Assembly (NCBI RefSeq): GCF_036588685.1
Contig: NC_086375.1
Location: forward strand, 92,690,001-92,754,000
Direction of reading: 5' to 3'
Length of the DNA stretch: 64,000 nt
Source: Mytilus trossulus
Taxonomy: Eukaryota
The notes under the pieces were generated by a model. The model did no database searches. It was not told where the DNA came from and was given only the letters and a program-made list of their open reading frames with translations. Position numbers and translations under genes: made by a program. Below, piece after piece: positions 22,791-34,083 of this stretch. How positions within the stretch are numbered: position 1 is the stretch's first letter; the number at the start of each line of letters is the position of its first letter.

Positions 22791-25026
22791 TCTCGTACCT
22801 CATAGTTTTTAAAACATACATTTTTGAAAACTTCATAGTATGAATAAACAAACTTATAAAGATCGTTAGTTTATGTTGTGTCTAGAAACAAAAAAAATAC
22901 ACGTTTTGAAGTGTCTTTATTTTCATGGCGTGTACGCTTCGTTGTCATTACACCTTTTTATACTGTACGCTTCGTTGACACAATATAGCGTTTGTCAATG
23001 ATTTTCGCATGTATTAAATTATGCTTTGATATGATTATAACTAATATGCATGTTTGAAAATAATAATTTACCACCATTACATGCTGACAGCAACCCATAA
23101 TGTCCGTTGTAGTGTCGAAAAACTCTTGGAGGAAATTTTTACATGTAAAAAAAAATCCTCATGTATACGAAAGTGTGAATTGGAAGGAAAATACAATAAC
23201 TCGACAGGTGCAACTATGGCTAAGCATACAGATACACACGTCCGATTTCTAATTTGATAGCATTTTAAAGTGTTTACGATACGACAGTCAATGAATGGTT
23301 AGGTGGTGGGTTGGGTGCCGCTAACATGTTTTATCCCGCCATATTATGTATGTTCCTGTCCAAAGCCAGGAGCGTGTAATTTAGTAGTTATATATATTTT
23401 TTTGTTCACTATTTTGTGCATAAATTGTGCCGTTAGTTTTCTCGTATGAATTGTACTACATTTGTCATTTCGGTGTGTTTTATAGCGGTGTGGGCTTTGT
23501 TCATTGTTTAAGGCCGTACGGTAACCTATAGTTGTTCATTTTTGTTTCGTTTGGTTTCTTGCGAAGAGCTGTTTCAATACCACATCTTCTTTTTGATATA
23601 GAAAGCAATCAAAACAATCAATGGATTATAGGTTAAGTCTTTTGGCCTGAATCTCAGATGCTGGTCCTAGCGGGTCATAAATTACAATAGAGTTACATTA
23701 AGGCTATCGAATATGTGTATACAATGATCAAGTTACTGATAGTCATCAATAGTAATACAGTTACTTTAATGTGAAGAAATAAGGACGAAGAGACAATTCT
23801 TAATATTAACTGGTTTGCTTTCTTCAATTATGTTTTTGTGTTTGTTTAATTTTTAAGGTATAAAGATTATGCCTAAATTCCTCAAACATTTCAGTCTTTC
23901 TACTGTGGTGCAAACATCTAAATGATTGGTCAGGTCATTCTGGTTATTATAAGCACCTTAAAGTCTATACCCACCCATAATCATTTCATTCAAATTTCGC
24001 AGAAGACCACAGGGACCATCTTTATATACCCCAGTTACCCTTGTCGTCATCGGTAAATTATGGGTTGAGCAAAGCATCAATCATCAACCTAACCTTAGAC
24101 ATTTGCTGTGTTTCTTCTTGCATGTTGGTACTGAACAATTTATGAACCCTTTTATTTATTTATTACACGCGTACGTAATGGCTGATTGTTGGTTGCTTAA
24201 CGTTCACTTGCAAATATGTCATGCATGTTCAGGATAAGCACAAAGTAGAAACACATACTACATGTAAGTCCTGGAAGAAGGCCCTCCGGAATTACGTCAA
24301 TGACGTTTGAACTTCCACTGGATAAAATTATGTATATTGAATAAGGACACAAATGTTGCCTTTCAACAGGCTATGGACCTCTCTAAGAGTTTTTGCAGGG
24401 GTTCGTACAGTGTAGTTAGCGTGGTACTCTCTTTACACGAGACATTGGATTTTATATTCCCATTTGGACTGGACGTGACTGTGTACTTTTACATCTGACA
24501 CAACAAAACGGGTTGCCAACTTCGGTCAGTTTATACTGCCGGTCAGAAAAAGACCTAAGTGATCGATCATTTCTAATAGTATAATTCCCAGTTACCCTTC
24601 ACCAAATTCTTTCGTAAATAAAAAAAGTTTTGCTGTACCTGTTTAATCAAAACATAACTTAACATTATTACAATATATGCACACCTATGAGAACTCATAA
24701 TACCGTACATTCTCTCGATAATGTTTATATTTGGCATTGCACAAGTTCATGCGTTTTATTACGTCTTTACCTAAAAACGTAGGATATACTGATTTTAACA
24801 CTTTAGATACATGATTTACTTCCTAGTTGTAATTCGCTTTGAAATAACTATCAATTACTACAACTATGTATATGATTTTTGTGCATTGTTCCGACATTTT
24901 GAGTTTAGCTCCGACATGTATGTCTGCTTTCGTCTAGGCGAATTTGGACCAACATCGGCATTTGGAAGAGCCTCAAATTGTGAAAAGGAAGTCATTAAAG
25001 TTTTAACGACTGTACTATACTTTTTG

Positions 25027-25590
25027 AAAGAGGGACGAAAGATACCAAAGGGACAGTCAAACGCGTAAATCTAAAACAAACTGACAACGCCATGGCTAAA
25101 AATGAAAAAGACAAACAGAAAAACAATAGTACACATGACACAACATAGAAAACTAAAGAATAAACAACACGAACCCCACCAAAAACTAGGGGTGATCTCA
25201 GGTGCTCCGGAAGGGTAAGCAGATCCTGCTCCACATGCGGCACCCGTCGTGTTGCTTATGTGATTACAAATCCGGTAAAAAGTCTAATTCGGTAGGTCAA
25301 ATTCATGAAAGGGAAGGGGATTGTAGTTACGACGTAAGGAACATATCCGATATCATTTGTGAAACGGTTATTCCATAACGGTCAACCAACTCGTGATGGC
25401 GTCCGTAAAATATACGAAGGGATGATTTCAACTTCACCATTTGGAACTCTTGGTTTAATAGCTTCCTTGTGAGCAGTAACCCTCTATCAAGAAAATCATG
25501 ATAGGAAATGCAAGCACGGGAATATCGTATCAATTGGGAGATATATATCCCGTATGCAGGTGCTGCTTGAATGTTGCTACTTAGAAATGA
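25027..25590 (-). mobile_element. Naiad-type PLE family 1, 3' fragment
   Basis: Near-identical to 3052-3620. Encodes ...ISQLIRYSRACISYHDFLDRG...SDMFLTS*. Confidence 0.85.
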
Positions 25591-28500
25591 AATTTTTGAA
25601 ACTTTATTTCCTCTGGAATATATTAATCAACTGTTCATTTCATCTGGAGTAACATTGAAAGTCTCAATTTTCAATAGAAATATTCCAAGCAGATGTACGC
25701 TGGTTAAATATTTCAATTTTGGCTTTGTATGACAGATATTTTAAGTTCAACTACTTTGACTAAGTTAACAGATAAACATTTACAATAAAATACAGAAAAA
25801 GGTCGTTGACACGATCTTGAAAACCTTGACAAGAAAGTGATTTGTGACGATTTTTGTCAACGAACTGTACAGTGATTATTTCAAAACGCACAACGAACGC
25901 GACACATTTGATGGAACGAACAATACAGTAAGAGAAAATTTATTTTGTATGATATTGCGTTTATTCTAAGTTCCAGGGCACATTTGAAGGCACGTAGTAA
26001 TTCAATGTATAGTTATTTGGTATTGCTTAAGGTATTAATAAGCAAAAGTGTATGCACAAAAAGATATTCAGCATTGTTTATATCATAAACCGTATGAAAT
26101 TGCGCCATGTCTGTGCGTTTTGCATCTAGCAGTTTTATCAAACGTTTTATACTACATCTAAAACATACAATAACTGTTTAATTGAATAAATAAACTAATA
26201 AGCATATTGATTTATTTATATATACTCAAATAAGTTCCAGAGAGGCAATCGAAATTGTTGTCATCCCAAATGTTACACCCTGATTATCGCTTCGAACGCG
26301 TCAACGTCCGGATTCATTTGTATCGGGGTTATACGGGGTTATACGAGGTGTGTTCACATACTGACAAGATGCCACGATTGTCCAGCGAATTTGTTCAGTA
26401 CTTGAGTACTTTGTTTTAATAAAATGTGGTTACATTGATATTAATCTTCTAGTATCACATGGTCAGATTAAAAATAATATGCCCCTTGTTTGATTGTTAT
26501 TAGATAACAGAATATGCCCCATGTTTAATAGATATCAGATAACAGTATGCAATGTTACATGAATTCTGCGTCACGAGAGTAAATATTGATGTCCTCGTCG
26601 GTATGCTTCATCACAGCTGGGCAGGGGAAGAAAGAATTAAAGAAAAGAAGATGTCGATGCACTAAACAGAAACTAAGGGTTTGTTTGTATACAGTACTAG
26701 ATATTCTTAATGTTCCGTTTTAGTTCGGATATATTTCTCGTTGTATTGAATACTTTTTTCATTTTTATTTTCCATTTCCATTCTCAATTTTATTTAATAT
26801 CTGAGACTAAAATGCCACAGGCACATGTCTGGGATATACCATTTCTTTTACATTTCTTTTTATTAAGTAAAATTAATATGTTATACTTAATATAACTTCA
26901 AGAAGAGACAATATATTTTTTACGGATTTATAATAATAAATGACATTTTAATATTTCTACAGGAAGTTGAAATAAAATACATATCATTATAAAACAACAA
27001 AAAAATAATTTCTCAACACATATACGAAATGTATATAAACCTTATTTTCATTTTATCATATACAGAAACTATAAGTAATCTCTTAACATGAATGAATCTG
27101 AAGAAAAACCCCTTCTCCAAGCAAAGGAAACACAAAGGGATGCAGCGATTAACATTGGGATGCCAAGATGGCTAGCTTTAAGTTTCGCCATATTTGTCAC
27201 ATCACTTCACTCGAGTTCATTTGTTTTATCTATGTATGTAATTAACCAGTATTCATACCAAACTTATATGAAGGAAAAATATCCCAATTCATCTCACAAA
27301 TCAACCGGAAGTCAATCCGCATGTGAGCTGAACACCAGTACGATAGCATATAAAGAACAAGTCGTGGTACAAAAACTGACATCAGAACTAAATATTTATT
27401 GTAGTCTCGCTACCTACAACGTGATCGGAGTGATTTTTACTCTAAATTTAGCAACGTACAGTGATATTTACGGAAGAAAACTGTTCTTCATTGCGCCTAG
27501 GAACATTATTGAAAACGCTTCTTTGCACAATCACCATCTATTTCAATTTGAAGATAGAATGGATCATTTTATTTTTTTGTATAGAAGGATGTACAGGGAC
27601 CTGGGTTTCCACGTTGAGTATGGCATATAGCTTCATGGCAGATCTTACAGAACCAGGAAAACCACGAACGTTTGTTATAGGTTGTTTTGAAACGTCCTTG
27701 GGAATTGCTGCATTCATTGTTTCAATGTTGTCTGGATATCTTATAAAATGGACAGATGGTTTCTTTTATCCGTCCCTTATATCAACAGTTATGGTACTTC
27801 TAGGACTTCTGATAGTCATTTTTATACTACCAGAAACACTTCATGATTCAAAAAAGCGGTCGGATGTATCTTTTATTCAAAATATGGTACGTGTTACTGA
27901 TGTTTATAGAAAAGGGTTTTCCCCTGATGGAAAACAGTGGATGTTTATAATTTTAATCGTTATTTTTATGATGTCAAATTTAGCAAATATTGCTAGACCT
28001 CAGATTGAAACATTGTATCAACTGAATTCTCCGTTTTGTTGGAGTGCTGTTAAGATTGGCTGGTATGGTTCCATGAGAATAGGATTATTAAATATGGGAA
28101 ATCTTGCTATTATCTACCTGTTTCATCTGTGTACGACGGACGAATACATCGTTTTAGTCAGTATGCTGACTGCCGTGGTATCATTGACTATAGAGGGACT
28201 AGCCACAACCGACTACATGTTATACTTAGGTAATTGTTATTAAATTAATTTCATTTTTAACAAAGGAAACACTTGACGAACATTTGTTTTCCTGCTCATA
28301 CAAGTTTAAATGAATATATTTATTTATATCTAAGATAGAATATATATCCATTAGATTTCAATTCAGCAGCAAATTAAAGTTAACCTACATGGACAAATAA
28401 AAATTGTTGAACGGCACTCTTCAGTGGACAAATCCTTCATTTCATGTTATAAGATTTTACAGGATTAACATCGCGTTAGTCTAAATATGGCGAAGCTTCT

Positions 28501-30519
28501 GGCAGACCACATTGATCAAGTGATATTTTTATTTTGATAGCGATAGTGATTGATTCTTCATCTGTTCATTGTTTATTTTGTTTGAATATTGATGTTAAGT
28601 TTTCAACTAAACATTTTTTTGTATCTTTTCGTTGAAAGCCTTAGGCACGGGTGTTGGTAGTTCTCTTGGTATGGCGATGAGCAGAGCAATCATGTCTAGG
28701 ATAACTCCAGATAATAAACAAGGTAGGTTATACGGTACATGTTATTTAAGTACAATATTTCAAAGGGCTAATTCTAGACTAGGGTTATATATGATGGTAT
28801 AGTTAGTTGTGGTTTATGTTATCTTTAAGTGAAGGATAGTTTAGTGTAGCTATATATATATATATGTTTGGACGGCTTGAAGTAAACAAGAAGATGAAAA
28901 TCAAACAGATGTGACAGGATTGACCTAAGATGGTTGGGGTGTCTCTTCCTCCATCTTGGATTTTGATGTAGCAGATGGTCTAGATCTTTAATGAAATGTG
29001 CAAGTTTTGAGAGTAAAACGTAATCCATGTCGGCATGTGTAAGACTTTTCGTGTTGATATAGAAAATTATGTGTTTCATCATAATTGCGGCTGTATTTTA
29101 TAAAAAGAAACTATTTTCGTTTGATGCATTATTTTTTAACTTTACCATATATATAACGAAAGATAACTCGGATAGAAGGGAAGTTTACTCAGACAAGGTT
29201 TTTTTTCATAATATAAAGTGTTGTGTATTTACATGTCTTAAAATGTAGTTAGAAATCAGTCCGGACGGTGACACTATTCATTTGTCTATTTCTTATCGAA
29301 AAGCATGTTATAAGAGCTGTCCTCTCAAATTTTATCTTAAAAGTCTGTCGTGTAGTTTTCTGTTTATAACACCCAGTTGGATTCTTAATGTATAATCTAA
29401 ACAAAATCTGACAATTTTGAACCATCTATAGCGTGAGAAAAAGCCTTGTGACCTATAATTTTAATTTGTATATTTTAGAAAAAGCATGGAAAAAATTATA
29501 TTTTGACAAATATTTAAAAAAGCATTCTATGGGTTCGAATGGAGACACACACCCTGCCTGTCAGAAAAAGAGAACTATCTTGCTCGATTTATTTAACACA
29601 ATGTTTTGAACAATGCAATTTAAACCATATATACTTATAAAGTGTCTCTATATAAGTATTTTACATTTAGGTTCAGTTTTTGCTGGAGTAGCTGTACCTG
29701 AAATTGTATTTAGTTTAGTCAGTAGTCTAGGGGCGAATGCAATTTATGATGCTACCGTTTCAATATATAGAGGACTCACATTTTTCATCATGGCAGGATA
29801 TGGCTTCATAGGGATTATTTTATGTCTGTAAGTTATATATTGGTTATGTCGAGAATGAAAACAATAATAAATAAAACTCCCTGGAATAATCTTTAGTAAA
29901 CTTTAAATTTTAATGTGCGTGCCATCCTACAAATTCATGTAGCATATCTTCGAAACATGACTTGTCACATTCAGGAACACACACACATATCTTTGTTCAT
30001 CATTCTTTTTTACCGAGATTCTATCTGATGACTGATGTAGACCCAAGAAAACAGTAAATACGATTAATTACAGAATTTCCACTTACAATGAGAAAAAATG
30101 ATAAGTACAACTAGGGGTTCAGGATCTGTTTATATTTTCAGACGACCTAAGAAAGATTTTTGGTCGCATAAAAAAAATCGTTCTTACTTAAAACGCTATG
30201 TTAACCCAAAAATGCGGTTTATTAACCCTGAAAACAACACAAAGAGCAACGGATATATATCAGACAGAAACTTTATCCCCTTATATACATATACAAGAAA
30301 AGTAAAGAAAGATTTGTAAAGCTCTATTTCCTTCTGTATTGATTCAAATTTTAAAAAATCTGCAGTCTCTCTGGCATCTCGATGTCTAAATATTCGCAAT
30401 ATATATCGCAGAGGAGAAAGAAATTGTTCTTGGAATGAATTACATAATGATAAATGAATGACAAATCTTTTGAAAAAAAAACAACAGATATACTGATTTG
30501 TCTTTTTTCAACATATGTC

Positions 30520-30750
30520 TAATTTCCTAATTTTTTGAATTTTTCGAAAAAATAAAGATTTTGTCATCCCAGGCATAGATTACCTTAGTCATATTTGGCA
30601 TAATTTTGGGGAATTTTTGATCCTCAATGTTTTTCAACTTTGTACTTGTTTGGCTTTATAAATGTTTTGATATGAGCGTCACTGATGAGTCTTATGTAGA
30701 CGAAACGCGCGTTTGGCGTACTAAATTATAATGCTGGTACCTTTGATAAT
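30520..30750 (+). mobile_element. Retrozyme copy (5'-truncated) in the last intron of SLC46 copy 3
   Basis: Homologous to 12655-12893. Ends with ctggtacctttgataa. Confidence 0.8.
30676..30719 (+). ncRNA. Minimal type I hammerhead ribozyme (intact core)
   Basis: Stem I GCGUCA/UGGCGU, core CUGAUGA, stem II GUCU-UAUGU-AGAC, GAAA, palindromic stem III AC-GCGC-GU. Cleavage triplet GUU, cutting after 30713. Confidence 0.85.
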
Positions 30751-32018
30751 TCTCCCTAATAATTTCAAAAACAATTATTTTGTAGAATTCTAATCTGGGG
30801 ACAGAAAGGATATAAGATGTCGAAGGATACAAACGCAATAACAATACACGTGGCAGAAGATGACAAACAAGTGGTCAACGGTTATCAGATTCAGGACCAG
30901 AGTTATGAAAACAGTCACCATTTCTGAACAATTAAATCTTCACACACAAATAATATAAAAAAAACTTTTTGTATTGTTGTGCCGGAGTTGGAATAATCTA
31001 AAGCTGGGAGAAACCGCGTTACTTCAACATATATGCAATCTTCATAAGTTTAAAATCAAATTATCCCGGTATTTGTAAATACAAACCAGAGGCATATGAT
31101 GATATTGATATTCATCATACTGTAAAGTGGTATTTCATATTTTAGCACCAGGTCAATACCACTGCTAGTGGAATGCTTGCCATTGTCTGTTCTTTTGTAT
31201 TTTGTTAACATATTAAGTTGCCCGTCTTTAAAGTAAAAAAGTTTTAAGAAACTAAGGTTTAACTCCCTCTGTTAAAATCGACCTTAGCTTGAATAGATTC
31301 GTTTATGGTCATGTAGCTTTTCGTCCAACATTCATGTATTTATTTATGATGTTTCTGTTGTGGTTTCTGTTAGATATTGTGTTATGTCTTATCTTGTGTG
31401 ATTTGGATTCTATATTTTCGTTACATTTCACGTACGACGTATTTGTCAGTTTAGTCGAGTGAATTTCCATTTTCCATGGATAAAGAATTGTGTTAGAACA
31501 AATAATTATGAAGTCGTCACAGCTTTATTTTTAAATAGCTTTTCCATACCGCCTTAATCATGATAATTGTTTTGCGTCTTTTGACTAGTATTTAAAAAAA
31601 CAAACTTATATGAATTTTAAGATAATATATTCGTCACATAAATACGTCACTGATTGTATGGTCGTGTGCTGTCATTGATGGAAGATGCTCGTTTATATTC
31701 TGCGAACTTATACATCCCGTCATTGTATTATGTAATATGGTAAATTTTGGTATTGTTATTTTTCATTTTTGCTAATGTGCTTTGCGTATATGCCTTTTTG
31801 TGGATTTTTGGTCACATATGACGTAGCTCTGTACATATACATCATGTCATTGTATTATTGTGCAATGGTAAATTCTTGTATTCTTTTCCTTCATTTTTAC
31901 TAATGTGCCTCGTCTGTATGTCTTTTTGTTATTCTTTGTTACACATTTTTTTTTCTAGATTGATTAGACACAATGTTGACTACTGTATCCCAATTTTTTA
32001 CGTTTTTGTCTATTATAT

Positions 32019-32430
32019 AAAAAAGAAGATGTGGTATGATTGCCAATGAGACAACTATCCACAAAAGACCAAAAAGACACAAACATTTACAAGTATAAGT
32101 CACCGTACGGCCTTCAACAATGAGCAAAGCCCATACCGCATATAGTAAGCTATAAAAGGCCCCGATAAGACAATGTAAAACAATTCAAACGAGAAAACTA
32201 ACGGCCTTATTTTTGTAAAAAAAATGAACGAAAAACAAATATGTAACACATAAACAAACGACAACTACTGAATTACAGGCTCCTGACTTGGGACAGGCAT
32301 ATACATAAATAATGTGGCGGGGTTAAACATATTAGCGGGATCCCAACCCTCCCCTAACCTGGGACAGTGGTATAACAGTACAACATAAGAACGAACTATA
32401 AACATCAGTTGAAAAAGGCTCAACTCATCA
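32019..32430. repeat. Abundant SINE-like interspersed repeat (family A), longest copy
   Basis: aagaagatgtggtatgattgccaatgagacaact...ctgaattacaggctcctgacttgggacaggc. Related partial copies at ~606, 910, 8612, 9350-9510, 14185, 20085-20215, 23300-23600, 39435, 41053-41318, 46300, 56840, 59300 and 60650-61170. Confidence 0.8.
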
Positions 32431-32861
32431 AATAGATGTTCATCAGATAGATACTATGTCTGTTTGTTTTGTTTACACATCGTTTTCACTATAATGGAAT
32501 TTGATGCGACTTTCCTATAAGTGAGAGGTTAAGCTAGCTTTGAAACTATGTTTGATCCACCATTTTCTACATAAGAAAGTGACTGTACCAAGTTAGGAAA
32601 ATAACAGTTGTTATTCATTCGTTTGATGTGTTTGAGATTTTGATTTTGTCATTTGATGAGGGACTTTCCTTAACAATTTTTTTTCGGCGTTCGGTATTTT
32701 TTAGATTTAACTTTGTACATGTTGTAACGAATAGTATTTCATTTTTTAACGTCTTTTTTGTGCTGAGTGTTATGGCGTGTGTTAGTGTTATATGTGTGAT
32801 GTTGTCAGTTTAACATTGTCATACATGTTGGAGGTTTGGTAAGCCATTAAAGCAGGTCCAA

Positions 32862-32945
32862 AATAAACTCATCATAGATACCAGGATTAAATTAACGCCT
32901 GACGCCGGTTTCGTCTACAAAAGACTCATTAGGGACGCTCGAATC
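32862..32945 (-). mobile_element. Retrozyme fragment (second subfamily), degenerate hammerhead
   Basis: The minus strand reads gcgtcc CTAATGA gtct tttgt agac GAAAC cggc GTC aggcgt ... cctggtatctatgatgagttt. Confidence 0.65.
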
Positions 32946-34083
32946 AGCCAACTATTTTCTTCTTAAAATTTTCTATATCAAGTCAGGAAAATAGCAGTTG
33001 TTATCAAATAGTTCGTTTCTACGTTTATTGCTATGTTGCACGTCAGTGTATCTGTTGTTCCACTGTGTTCCTCTTATAGTTGCTGTGATTACTTCAGTTA
33101 AAGTTTTTAACCCGGATTTGTTTTCTCTCAATTGATTTATAACTTTTGAATAGTGGTATACTATTGTTGCCTTTGTTTACAGTTTTTACACATCATTTGA
33201 TGCAGTCTTCATGAAAATATACACAGTAAAGATCTCCAGACGAACTAAATTACTTGAGTGATGTTTTTAATTGCAATTTTTTTGTTCATTAATTCATTAC
33301 ACGGTGTATTAGGTATTTCATGTAAAAAAAAAAAAAAAGGGGAAAAAGGTTTGAAATGAATTTTCATCTTTTGTAAAATTTCGATAATGGTTTCTCCAAG
33401 AATTCGTTTATAATCAATGATTAGTAGTATATACTTTTACCAAAACTACTTACTTCTATGTGCAACACATAAGTACAACATTTCACAACAAGTTCCAAGT
33501 TGTAAATAGAAATAAAGGGTGAATTTGCTTCTCTTCTTACATACCGGTACGTTGTGTTCAAATCCAGTTCAATGATGTTAATAAGACGTCTTTGTGTAAA
33601 TGAAATTTTCGCTTAATTTTGGTTATATTATCTTAAGAATGTATAAACAAATACTTCTAGGAAGAAAACACTACTTATTTCCATTAATCTCACAAAAATG
33701 ATGAAAGATGAATGGTTTCTCTACAGAGATATATTATATATAATGGAAAAAAATAACAACGTTTATATTGTCTATATATCCCACTAAAATTGCTTATTAA
33801 TCATTTTATAGTATCCAGAGAATAGTTCCAAGTCAAACCATTATCTAAATACTATTAATCAAATAAAAACCAAACCTCGGGAATGGATTAAGGCGATATC
33901 ATATCTAGGAAATTATCAGGAAACTATGAAAAGAAGATATAAATACACTTCTTACTTCAATGTCAAGTATTGTAATGAAATATTCAGATACATTTTATAT
34001 AGAGTAAAAACAGCTCCACAATTATCTTACTTAACACCAGTTTACAATCCCGTTGTTCGTCTACATTACGGGAAGTATAAGTC

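Larger units (their letters stand above)
27088..30927 (+). pseudogene. SLC46-family transporter, copy 3, with a frameshift at ~27496; exons 27088-28229, 28639-28722, 29671-29827, 30786-30927
   Basis: Colinear with copy 2: identical internal exon lengths (84 and 157 nt) and GT-AG introns. The homologous frame switches from ORF 27088-27630 to ORF 27461-28243 at FFIAP/LGTLLK. No other lesion seen, so this could be a null allele or an assembly error. Confidence 0.8.
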
